Shown one piece after another: positions 47,101 through 56,396 of a stretch of 64,000 nucleotides of DNA. The notes below the pieces were generated by a model. It was given only the letters and a program-made list of their open reading frames with translations, had not been told where the DNA came from and did not search any database. Both the position numbers and the translations under genes were made by a program. How positions within the stretch are numbered: position 1 is the first letter of the stretch; the number at the start of each line of letters is the position of its first letter. Origin of the DNA: Cyanophora paradoxa CCMP329 (taxonomy: Eukaryota; Plantae; Glaucophyta); assembly GCA_004431415.1 (NCBI GenBank), contig QPMI01000402.1, positions 1 to 64,000 of the forward strand, read 5' to 3'.

Positions 47101-49475
47101 GCCCTCCCGTCTTTTTCCGTTCTAGTATCTTTACTCTCTTTCTTCCCACTTTGACCTTTAGAAGTAGAGAAAATGTAGGTAAACCAAGGTAGGGAAGAGG
47201 TTTAAGGAAAAATGGGAGGCCGCGTTCCCACTCGGACGTCCGAAAAATCCGGGAAGGACACCGCCGGCGGGGTCGACTTCTTTTGGACCGACCAGACAGA
47301 CGCGCACACTCCATCCCCCCCCCGTTCTGTCCCGCCGCGCGCCGCCGCACCCGCCGCGCAGAAAGAGTCGGACGGGGCGCACGGCGGCGGCGTTTACGCG
47401 CGTCCCAAAGGTCCCCGCCCCGCACTGGCCTCGCCCCGTACGGCGCCCACCCACCCGACCGCCTCTGCCCTCGCACCGCGCCGTCGCCGCGGCCTGCGGC
47501 GCCGCCAGGGGCGACGGCACGCGCGCGGGGACGGGGTGAGGGGTACGGCTCGTGCGCGTCTGTCTGGTCGGTCCAAAAGAAGTCCACCCCGCCGGCGGTG
47601 TCCTTCCCGGATTTTCATGACGTCCGAGTGGGAACGCGCCCTCCCGTCTTTTTTCGTTCTAGTATCTTTACTCTCTTTCTTCCCACTTTGACCTTTAGAA
47701 GTAGAGAAAATGTAGGTAAACCAAGGTAGGGAAGAGGTTTAAGGAAAAATGGGAGGCCGCGTTCCCACTCGGACGTCCGAAAAATCCGGGAAGGACACCG
47801 CCGGCGGGGTCGACTTCTTTTGGACCGACCAGACAGACGCGCACACTCCATCCCCCCCCCGTTCTGTCCCGCCGCGCGCCGCCGCACCCGCCGCGCAGAA
47901 AGAGTCGGACGGGGCGCACGGCGGCGGCGTTTACGCGCGTCCCAAAGGTCCCCGCCCCGCACTGGCCTCGCCCCGTACGGCGCCCACCCACCCGACCGCC
48001 TCTGCCCTCGCACCGCGCCGTCGCCGCGGCCTGCGGCGCCGCCAGGGGCGACGGCACGCGCGCGGGACGGGGTGAGGGGTACGGCTCGTGCGCGTCTGTC
48101 TGGTCGGTCCAAAAGAAGTCCACCCCGCCGGCGGTGTCCTTCCCGGATTTTTCGGACGTCCGAGTGGGAACGCGCCCTCCCGTCTTTTTTCGTTCTAGTA
48201 TCTTTACTCTCTTTCTTCCCACTTTGACCTTTAGAAGTAGAGAAAATGTAGGTAAACCAAGGTAGGGAAGAGGTTTAAGGAAAAATGGGAGGCCGCGTTC
48301 CCACTCGGACGTCCGAAAAATCCGGGAAGGACACCGCCGGCGGGGTCGACTTCTTTTGGACCGACCAGACAGACGCGCACACTCCATCCCCCCCCCGTTC
48401 TTTCCTGCCGCACGCCGCCGCACCCGCCGCGCAGAAAGAGTCGGACGGGGCGCGCGGCGGCGGCGTTTACGCGCGTCCCAAAGGCCCCCGCCCCGCACTG
48501 GCCTCGCCCCGTACGGCGCCCACCCACCCGACCGCCTCTGCCCTCGCACCGCGCCGTCGCCGCGGCCTGCGGCGCCGCCAGGGGCGACGGCACGCGCGCG
48601 GGGACGGGGTGAGGGGTACGGCTCATGCGCGTCTGTCTGGTCGGTCCAAAAGAAGTCCACCCCGCCGGCGGTGTCCTTCCCGGATTTTCATGACGTCCGA
48701 GTGGGAACGCGCCCTCCCGTCTTTTTCCGTTCTAGTATCTTTACTCTCTTTCTTCCCACTTTGACCTTTAGAAGTAGAGAAAATGTAGGTAAACCAAGGT
48801 AGGGAAGAGGTTTAAGGAAAAATGGGAGGCCGCGTTCCCACTCGGACGTCCGAAAAATCCGGGAAGGACACCGCCGGCGGGGTCGACTTCTTTTGGACCG
48901 ACCAGACAGACGCGCACACTCCATCCCCCCCCCGTTCTTTCCTGCCGCACGCCGCCGCACCCGCCGCGCAGAAAGAGTCGGACGGGGCGCGCGGTGGCGG
49001 CGTTTACGCGCGTCCCAAAGGCCCCCGCCCCGCACTGGCCTCGCCCCGTACGGAGCCCACCCACCCGACCGCCTCTGCCCTCGCACCGCGCCGTCGCCGC
49101 GGCCTGCGGCGCCGCCAGGGGCGACGGCACGCGCGCGGGGACGGGGTGAGGGGTACGGCTCATGCGCGTCTGTCTGGTCGGTCCAAAAGAAGTCCACCCC
49201 GCCGGCGGTGTCCTTCCCGGATTTTCATGACGTCCGAGTGGGAACGCGCCCTCCCGTCTTTTTCCGTTCTAGTATCTTTACTCTCTTTCTTCCCACTTTG
49301 ACCTTTAGAAGTAGAGAAAATGTAGGTAAACCAAGGTAGAGAAGAGGTTTAAGGAAAATGGGAGGCCGCGTTCCCACTCGGACGTCCGAAAAATCCGGGA
49401 AGGACACCGCCGGCGGGGTCGACTTCTTTTGGACCGACCAGACAGACGTGCACAAACTGTACCCCTCACCCCATC
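44130..49475. repeat. Tandem array of ten ~537-bp units, each with 94-bp inverted arms around a 105-bp AT-rich core
   Basis: Unit marker ATGGGAGGCCGCGTTCCC at 44530, 45067, 45603, 46140, 46677, 47212, 47749, 48285, 48822 and 49358. First palindrome: arms 44333-44426 and 44532-44625. A partial copy lies at ~43021-43260. Confidence 0.98.
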
Positions 49476-49525
49476 TTCGCGCGGCAAGGCGATACGTTGT
49501 CGTGTGTGGCGAGGGCTTTACTGGT

Positions 49526-50020
49526 TCAGAAGATCTTAAACTTGCGTTTCGCATTGGACACGTTGAACACACGGGTCCGATAGTGTGTGTCGAGCTTCAG
49601 CCCACCCGAGACGCATTCCGACTTTCGTTTAGGTCTCTGTTGCTGCTCGGTGGTGAGCACGTTCTCCACAGACCTCCACACGCTCGTTATGACATCCGCG
49701 GGCGCGTCAGAGGCCAGCCGTCCGATGGAGACCAAAAGGCGATCGGCGTGAAGGTAATCGGCCAGAATAGCAAGCCGTGCCAGGTTCAAAAGCGTCTCTG
49801 TAGGGTCCGGACACGGAGGTTCAAATAGGCGCGTGTCGCTCGGGGCGCTGAGAGCCCTCTCGGCGGAGCGGACGAGCCACCCCGAAAAAGGGAGCGGCAT
49901 CGGGGCGCTTTCGGCGTCGCAGCACTCGGCGGCCTCGCGGAGAACGATCGAGTCGGCGAACAGGGCCGGAGGACACGGGAATGGGGCGTCGTCTCCCATG
50001 CACATGAGCTTCATGCTCAT
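49526..50020 (-). CDS. Skp1/BTB-POZ-like protein
   Basis: MKLMCMGDDAPFPC..DSIVLREAAECC..PMPLP and LAILADYLHADRLL, matching the Skp1 pattern S..I....PLP ... LI.AANYL.I..LL. Confidence 0.6.
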   Translation of the reverse strand: MSMKLMCMGDDAPFPCPPALFADSIVLREAAECCDAESAPMPLPFSGWLVRSAERALSAPSDTRLFEPPCPDPTETLLNLARLAILADYLHADRLLVSIGRLASDAPADVITSVWRSVENVLTTEQQQRPKRKSECVSGGLKLDTHYRTRVFNVSNAKRKFKIF

Positions 50021-50140
50021 CCTCGCACTCGTACGTTAGAGGAAACTTTGCGCTCGCAGGATGTATTTCTGGATCTCATATTCGCGAGTGCGAATCCTTA
50101 TTTTACTCGAAAACAACGAGAAGTCGGTATTCAAGTCCGT

Positions 50141-50827
50141 TTACGTCCGACCTAGGCCTAGACTACGCATTACTTTTACCACCCCCATCGGAGAGACGCC
50201 GGCCGCGCGCGCGACGTCGGTTGCGGTGGCGCCGGCTCCGTGCGCAACGGCGGCGGCGGCTACCAGAATGGGCGAGCGCGCGGACTCGGAGAGCGCTCTC
50301 GCAACGTTTACGGCCCTGTGGCGCGAATCTGCGTCCAGCGCGAGCCGAGACAAAATAATCTCCACATAGTCCGACGGCCTCGCGACGTACGTCGGCCAGC
50401 AACGACGGCTACGCTGGATGGCGCGCACGCAACGGAAAACGGCGCCGCGTCGGGTGACGAGGTCGGGCGTCCACGTCAACGCATCGGCGAGGAGACGGGG
50501 CGAACGAAGCGCCTTCGAAGCCCAGTACAACCCCGCCGTCGCGAGCACCAGCGCCGAACGACCGTTACGGATGCTCCGCGGCGCGATCACGCTCCGCGCA
50601 ACATCGACGATTCCTTCGGGAACATACAGAGCGATGGCGGCAGAGCGCAGCGCCTCCTCCACGCGGCCGCCACGGACATCGGCCTTGCTTCCATCGTCAC
50701 CGCGATCTTTGCGATCTTCATGGGGTGCGCCCAACACGCGTGGAGTTCGTACGACGCCGCAGCCATCGCAAGCGCACCACTCCACGGTCAGAACCGTCAG
50801 CCCGCCCCCGCACATTGTCCAGATCAC
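50141..50827 (-). CDS. TFIIB-like transcription initiation factor
   Basis: Zn-ribbon half CDGCGVV. Cyclin repeat 1: LYVPEGIVDVA..GRSALVLATAGLYWA..PRLL. Repeat 2: PSDYVEIILSRL..RSPILVAAA..DVARAAGVS. Start uncertain (50827 or 50815). Confidence 0.85.
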   Translation of the reverse strand: MIWTMCGGGLTVLTVEWCACDGCGVVRTPRVLGAPHEDRKDRGDDGSKADVRGGRVEEALRSAAIALYVPEGIVDVARSVIAPRSIRNGRSALVLATAGLYWASKALRSPRLLADALTWTPDLVTRRGAVFRCVRAIQRSRRCWPTYVARPSDYVEIILSRLALDADSRHRAVNVARALSESARSPILVAAAAVAHGAGATATDVARAAGVSPMGVVKVMRSLGLGRT

Positions 50828-51049
50828 CCGAACAACGTCAACGCGAAAGGCTATCTCGAGGCAGAACGCAACTCTCTCTCTCTCTCTCGTAAGGAATCGC
50901 CGAACACGGGACCTCCGGGTGCATTTCTAGGTCCGCCCGCATATATATCAAACATTTTGCACGTGCGTACAGATGCGAAGACCGACTACAAACGTTTCAC
51001 GCGCGCCTCGAAAAGCGGAGGGAGGATGTCGGGATTGCCGTAAACGCGG

Positions 51050-51436
51050 ATGCGGCGTCGTACCTGCGGATGGTGCCCACCCCCCGCCGCCAAGGATCAA
51101 TTCGTGGGGCACATCCAACGGGCCATCCGCCGCAACGTCAACCCCGCGTACGGGCGTGGGGAGAGCGTTTCGCTCAAGTACCGCGACTGGCTCGAATGGT
51201 CCGGTTCGGACCTCTTCAAGAGCAAGTCGTCGCGTCTGCGTGCGTTCTGCACCGCCACGACGGCGCTCGGTCAGGCGGTCGTCTACGGGGACCTCTGGCA
51301 CCTGCAATTTTGCGTCCAGGGGCTTCGGGAGATCCTCGAGCGCGGGTTCCCCTGCGAGGATGACTCGAAGAAGGACTACATTACGTGGGGCATGTACGAG
51401 ACGAAGATTCCCGTGGTAGGGTGTCACGTTCTGTGA
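51050..51436 (+). CDS. Hypothetical protein (true start may be 50973 via frameshift or intron)
   Basis: Protein-like composition. The TATATAT at ~50942 is shared with the divergent TFIIB-like gene. Confidence 0.5.
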   Translation: MRRRTCGWCPPPAAKDQFVGHIQRAIRRNVNPAYGRGESVSLKYRDWLEWSGSDLFKSKSSRLRAFCTATTALGQAVVYGDLWHLQFCVQGLREILERGFPCEDDSKKDYITWGMYETKIPVVGCHVL

Positions 51437-51761
51437 CGGGCCGATTGCGGGCAGCGGTAGATTGCCGTGTACATGAGTAAATAGAATCGACATCGAAGCA
51501 CGCGCTACGTAAACCCACGCGCGGCGTGCGCGCAACTACCAACACGATCGCTCATCCCGGGGCGTAAACGGAGCGCAGGGCGCCCTTCGTACGCCCCGCC
51601 GTCGACCTCGCGCTCGTCTTTGGCCGTGAGACGAGGGTACACGAGGGTACGATGGCCTCTTCGTGTGCAGATGGGGCGGCCGCGGCCGTTTCAATTCATC
51701 GAGGATCGCCTGGGCCCCGAGCACGGATAAATATCAGCGCCCGTCTCGGGTGTCGGCACCC

Positions 51762-52127
51762 ATGGAGAGCTGCGAGCTGATCTCCCTCAAGGCGTACCCG
51801 ACCTCGGCCTTTCCGACGGCCAAAGAGGGCGGCGTGCGCGTCGGCACGTTCCACGCCGTCAAGAGCCGGCTCGACGTCGGCATGACCCCGCACGCGCTGC
51901 GCGCGATCTCCGGACTCCGCGAGGACGCCGTCGCCGCGCTCCGCCGCCACGACCGCAAGGGCTACGCGCTCCTGACGGCCTACGTCGAGGACGAGGGCGG
52001 CGTCGCCGTCACGCACGTCATCCTCGCCCGCGACGCGAGGGACGTGCCGCCCCCCAAGCCCCGTGCGGGTGGGGGAAAACGCGGCGGCACCAAGGGCGAC
52101 GACGGCGAGGGAAATTCCGATTCGTGA
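51762..52127 (+). CDS. Small hypothetical protein
   Basis: CACCATGG start, GATAAATA ~35 bp upstream, strong GC3 bias. Confidence 0.6.
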   Translation: MESCELISLKAYPTSAFPTAKEGGVRVGTFHAVKSRLDVGMTPHALRAISGLREDAVAALRRHDRKGYALLTAYVEDEGGVAVTHVILARDARDVPPPKPRAGGGKRGGTKGDDGEGNSDS

Positions 52128-52138
52128 CACGCAACAGA

Positions 52139-52683
52139 CTACGCGTCGTCGGCCGTCTCGTCCGTATCCACCTCGATCGTCGTAAACGCCTTGGCCAACC
52201 GCTTCATGACGGCCAGCTTCCGCCGCGCGCCGCCCCCGCCGCCCTTTACCTCGCGCTCAAACGCGCGCGACTCGGCGACGCCGGCAAAGCCGTAGGCGAT
52301 CGCCAGCGCCTTCCACGGGCCTTTTCCCCTCGTATAAGCGAATTTCGAGCCGTAATTGTGCTCCCGGAGCCTGCAAACGGCGCGCGCGTGAGCCGGCCGT
52401 CGGCGCGCGTGCGCGCTCGCGTCTACCTCCTGGCCATGTCGGAGGTGCTCCCCACGTAGCAAATATTCTGGTCGTTTGTAATCAAGTACACGACGGGCTG
52501 CTTGGGGTGGCGCAGGTGGAGGGCCTTGGTCTTGGTCGCGGCGGGGGTCTTGGGGGGCTTTGCGGCGTCGCCGGTGCCGTTGGCGCCACCCGCGTCGTCC
52601 TGCGGCGCCGCGCCGTCGCCGGGTCCCTCCCGCTCTTCTTTGATGGCGGCGCCGTCCTTGTCGCTTTCGAGAGACTCTCCCAT
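52139..52683 (-). CDS. SLX1-like GIY-YIG endonuclease, one intron (52371-52426)
   Basis: Spliced product VYLITNDQNICYVGSTSDMARRLREHNYGSKFAYTRGKGPW..GF..ESRAFE. The 56-nt GT-AG intron removes the stop and restores RRLREHN. Confidence 0.9.
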
Positions 52684-52770
52684 TGATCCGGCGACGGCTC
52701 GAATGTTCAAGGGGGCCCCGAGCCCGTATTTACGCGTGGGCGCGCGCCGAGGGAGGGCCCCCCCCCCCCC

Positions 52771-52807
52771 CCCCCGGGGGCCCCGTGTGCGCTCGAGACC
52801 TATAAAT
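52771..52807 (+). promoter_or_regulatory. CCCCCGGGGG + TATAAAT promoter module (divergent GIY-YIG/primase promoter)
   Basis: Motif at 52771, TATAAAT at 52801, ATG at 52865. Confidence 0.6.
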
Positions 52808-52864
52808 GGGGGCGGCCCTCGGGCCGTTGCACCGTGACCGCGACCTCGGAGCAACGCGCGCGCC

Positions 52865-55156
52865 ATGGCGCCGTCGACAGAGTGGAAGGTGGAGTACCGC
52901 CCGCAAAACGGCTCCGCGTACGATGTCGTCAACGACAAGAAGTGGTACTCGGGGTCCAACAAAGTCGCATCCGTTGGCGTCGAGCCCATCAACACCCTCC
53001 TTCGCAAGAGCTCCCTGTTTTTACCCGAGTTTTGGCGCGAGGCGGACCCCTCCGTTCGCTACCACCACATGGGGATCATCGACATCGACGGGATCAGGTC
53101 GGATCCAAAAGGCGCAAAGCCGATGTGGACTCCGGATCGCGAGGAGCTCGATCGTCGCATCGCCGGCGGAGGCCTCGACGGCGCGGACCTCGGCGCGCTC
53201 TGCGAGGAGAATTCGTCGCTCTGGGCGGCTCGCAAGGCGGCGGACCTGATCTCCGCGCGGCTCACGGAGCGCGGCAAGCAGGCCCTTCTCCCCTACTACA
53301 CCGGTAAAAAGGGATTCCGCGTGCTGTTCCGCGACGTCGACCCGGCGACGGGCGTGGACCGCGCGTACGTGCGCGTCCGTAAGAACGAAAAGTGGGGGAC
53401 GCACGAAAACGTAAAAACGTACTTTGAAGATCTTCTCGGGAGCGACCTGCTTTCGATGGAGCTGGAGCGTGGTGGCATCAAGACGACCGTCGGTTTTCTC
53501 ATCGATTACGGCGTTCACGCGACAGGCAAGGGTTGCAAGCCGGACGTGCAGCACCACGCCGTCACAAAGGTGTGGCCGACGCGCGGGCCCACGCTTTCGA
53601 CGAACAGGACCCGCGATCCCGATCCGGCGCTGCGCCGCGAAATATTCCGTCACTTTGATGCCATCTGCACGACGAAGAACCTTTCCGCAGCATCGACGGC
53701 GCGTCTTTACGAGCTGCGGGGCGAGACGACCGAGCCGACCGATTCCGATCGCAATCCAAAGGAGACGTGCGGCGAAGGACCCGACATCGATGTCGAAACG
53801 AAAAGGCAACTCGGGGGAAAGCACATCGTTCATGCGTGGCGTTGCATCCTGCTGGACTCGAAGTATCCACCGGCCGGGTTTCGCGTGGGCACGACCGCAA
53901 GCGACGCGATCAGGGCGACGCACAGGGAATGGTTCTTTAAGTATACGCAAAACTTTGCCCTGCACAACAACCCATTTGGATGGATGCCGGGATCAAAGCT
54001 CAACTCCGAAGAGAAGCGACAACTGAACGAATGGATTCTCAAGAGACAGCTCGAGGCGCTCCGGTTGGGGCTCGAGTTCTGTACCCACGAGTTTACGGAT
54101 CCCGAAGACTGCAACCGATTAAAACTGGATTTTGACAAGCTCCTGATCGACGACCACGCGACGCTACGCTCTCTGCAATCCATTCTCGTGGAGGAGCTCG
54201 GGATTCCCCGTGAACATTGCCGCGTGATCTCCCTCGGAAACCCAAAACGCAGGTCGACGCACGTCGCGTTTCCGGATATAAAGCTGCCCGTGGAGATGTT
54301 CCCGTCAATTGTGCAGCGGATAGCGAGCGCCAAGGGAATGCCCTGGAGCGGATCCCTTGCCGGCAAGCTCGACACGCAACCCCTGTCGTCGCCCTCCATT
54401 CCGCTTCGCATGCTGGGGTCGGTGAAGCGCATCGCTATCGTGTACGAAGACAGCAACGGTACCTCCGCCAACTGGTTAAGGATCGTCGAAGACAGTCGCA
54501 TGCGGTTGCTCGCGGCCGTCGACGCGTTCGGTCAGCCCGACGAGAAACGGTACGCTACAAGCGATGGCACGTTTGAGGCCCTCACGCAACGCCTCCTGTA
54601 CGACGCGTGCGTGCGGGCCCTCCCGGGCTGGACGGCCACACCGCTTTCCGAGGAGACGCGCGAGCTAATTCGCTGCTGCAAACAAAGGGCACGCGGTAAA
54701 TCCAACAAGGTACCGGCGAGCGACGCGGAGTGCGTGGTACTCAAGGAGCTCTTTGAAAAGTACCTCCTCCTCGACGAGGTCGCGGACGCCGTGTTTGAGC
54801 AGTGCGGCGAGACCGACCCGGTCGAAGTTTTCAAGTCCCCCGTGTTTAAATCATCTGGTGACGGATGGTACACTGCCTCCAACGACAAACTCTGGGCGGT
54901 GTGCATTCCCACGGCCGGAAGGATGGTGAAAGGCAAGCCCGCCCACCCCGCCGACAAGGCTCACATCGGAACGGTTTACTTTACCCTCTGCCCCGAGCAG
55001 CGATGCGTCATCGCCGGGTGCCTCCGCGAGACGTGTTGCGCGTTTTACATGCGTGTAGGCGACACGGATTCCAAGTTCCCTCGCACCCGAGTCGGGACCT
55101 TTGGTACCCAAACGGCCCCCGACGCCCCCCCCGCAAAGCGCGCAAAGACCAGGTAG
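52865..55156 (+). CDS. Archaeo-eukaryotic primase with two AEP-like domains and C-terminal UL52/PrimPol-like zinc finger
   Basis: Domain 1: IIDID, YYTGKKGFRV, IDYGV. Domain 2: LKLDFD, RRSTHVAFP, LDTQP..LRMLGSVK. C-terminal C..H..C....C (AVCIP, AHIG, GCLRETC). Confidence 0.8.
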   Translation: MAPSTEWKVEYRPQNGSAYDVVNDKKWYSGSNKVASVGVEPINTLLRKSSLFLPEFWREADPSVRYHHMGIIDIDGIRSDPKGAKPMWTPDREELDRRIAGGGLDGADLGALCEENSSLWAARKAADLISARLTERGKQALLPYYTGKKGFRVLFRDVDPATGVDRAYVRVRKNEKWGTHENVKTYFEDLLGSDLLSMELERGGIKTTVGFLIDYGVHATGKGCKPDVQHHAVTKVWPTRGPTLSTNRTRDPDPALRREIFRHFDAICTTKNLSAASTARLYELRGETTEPTDSDRNPKETCGEGPDIDVETKRQLGGKHIVHAWRCILLDSKYPPAGFRVGTTASDAIRATHREWFFKYTQNFALHNNPFGWMPGSKLNSEEKRQLNEWILKRQLEALRLGLEFCTHEFTDPEDCNRLKLDFDKLLIDDHATLRSLQSILVEELGIPREHCRVISLGNPKRRSTHVAFPDIKLPVEMFPSIVQRIASAKGMPWSGSLAGKLDTQPLSSPSIPLRMLGSVKRIAIVYEDSNGTSANWLRIVEDSRMRLLAAVDAFGQPDEKRYATSDGTFEALTQRLLYDACVRALPGWTATPLSEETRELIRCCKQRARGKSNKVPASDAECVVLKELFEKYLLLDEVADAVFEQCGETDPVEVFKSPVFKSSGDGWYTASNDKLWAVCIPTAGRMVKGKPAHPADKAHIGTVYFTLCPEQRCVIAGCLRETCCAFYMRVGDTDSKFPRTRVGTFGTQTAPDAPPAKRAKTR

Positions 55157-55208
55157 ATAGAGGCGCCTGTGTTTGTGATAACGCGACATTTTACGTATGC
55201 AATCGGCT

Positions 55209-55964
55209 TCAGCGTTGCGGGCCCCCAATCGTGGCGGAAACGAATCGCAAGGCCGCGCGCCCCAGCATCCACCGCGGATCGGCGTAGAGGTCCGTAAACG
55301 GGGCGGGGAGGCACTTTGGGAGCCACGCGGATGCCTCGGCGAGGCGCGCGGCGTACTCTCCCGGCTCCTCGGCGAGCCGCGCGAGGTGCTCGTCCTCGAG
55401 GAGTCGCACCGTGGTGGGCGGGACGCGGCACGAGGGACACGCGAGGGCCCTCGGCTGGGCGACGAGCTGGAGGGCGCACGCGAGGCAGAGGACGTGCTTG
55501 CACGGGGTAAACTCGACGGGGCGCGCGGGTCGCTCGAGGCACACGGCGCACAGCCGGTCCGGCTCCGGCCTGGACGTTGATGCCAGGTTCCACGTGCACG
55601 TCGAGAGGAGCGCGAGCGCGCGGCCGAGGCTGAAAAATTTCGCAAGGGCGGCGCGGTCGCGCGCGGGGTCGGCCTCCATGGGCAGCTCGGCGACGGCCAT
55701 GTCGCGCCGGCAGTCAAAAGGTTGGTGGCAGAGGGGCACGCGCACGACGGCGGCGCGGCGATCGGCGTCGTAGTAGAGCGTGCGATCGCCGCGGGCGGAT
55801 TCCAGGGCCGCCGCGCCCGGCGGCGGTTCGGCGCTAGAGGCCGAGCGCCACGCGGGAAGGGTGAAGAGGCCGCCGTCCCTGACGGCGGGCGCGAGCCCGG
55901 GGAGGTCCTGCAGGACGCACGTCCGCTTGGTGCACGGCTCGACGGCGCTTGGCTCGGCCTGCAT
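55209..55964 (-). CDS. C3HC4 RING-finger protein (putative E3 ligase)
   Basis: CAVC..PCKHVLCLAC..CPSCR. TATAAAAGG lies ~55 bp upstream. Confidence 0.9.
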   Translation of the reverse strand: MQAEPSAVEPCTKRTCVLQDLPGLAPAVRDGGLFTLPAWRSASSAEPPPGAAALESARGDRTLYYDADRRAAVVRVPLCHQPFDCRRDMAVAELPMEADPARDRAALAKFFSLGRALALLSTCTWNLASTSRPEPDRLCAVCLERPARPVEFTPCKHVLCLACALQLVAQPRALACPSCRVPPTTVRLLEDEHLARLAEEPGEYAARLAEASAWLPKCLPAPFTDLYADPRWMLGRAALRFVSATIGGPQR

Positions 55965-55991
55965 GGATCCAGGACGCCGTTTTGTTGCTGT

Positions 55992-56249
55992 TTACATGCC
56001 GTTCTCGCGCTGCCTCCTTTTATACCTTTTACGGACCTCGCGCATCACCTCGTTGTTGCACCTACGGCACCGCTTTCCGACCCGTCCGCTCGAGTGCGCG
56101 CGGAGCTCGTCGAGGTTCAGTAAAAGCCGACACCGGCAGCAGTGTCGCAAGAGGATGCCGTCGCCTTTGTCGACGACGCAGCGACCTCGCGTCACCGAGC
56201 CCTTGGGTACGACGAATGCAAGGTCCATCGAGGGCGCGCGCGCACCCAT
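55992..56249 (-). CDS. Small C4 zinc-finger protein with basic tail
   Basis: CCRC-x18-CRRC followed by REVRKRYKRRQR. TATATAG lies just upstream. Confidence 0.55.
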   Translation of the reverse strand: MGARAPSMDLAFVVPKGSVTRGRCVVDKGDGILLRHCCRCRLLLNLDELRAHSSGRVGKRCRRCNNEVMREVRKRYKRRQRENGM

Positions 56250-56286
56250 GCGCGGCCCGCGGGACCTATATATGGGTTGCACCCTC

Positions 56287-56329
56287 GGGGCCCCCAGGGG
56301 CGCGCGACGGGGCAACGGCTCCATAAAAG
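56287..56329 (+). promoter_or_regulatory. GGGGCCCCCAGGGG + CATAAAAG promoter module (bidirectional)
   Basis: Motif at 56287-56300, CATAAAAG at 56322, ATG at 56397. An opposite-strand TATA lies at ~56266-56274. Confidence 0.6.
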
Positions 56330-56396
56330 CAACCGGCCCCTGGGGCCCATGGTCGAGTGCGAGCCTCCCCCGGACCACCCCCGTCGCGCCGGCACC

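Noticed and set aside
32280-49475. Tandem arrays as CRISPR-like loci
   Set aside because: No unique spacers between repeats, unit sizes do not fit, no cas genes, and the context is eukaryotic.
44396-49487. Repeated ORFs (MGGRVPTRTSEK.., MDRPDRRAH..) in the 537-bp array, and ORFs in the 62- and 129-bp arrays
   Set aside because: By-products of repeats. Unit-length indels shift frames freely and the translations are low-complexity.
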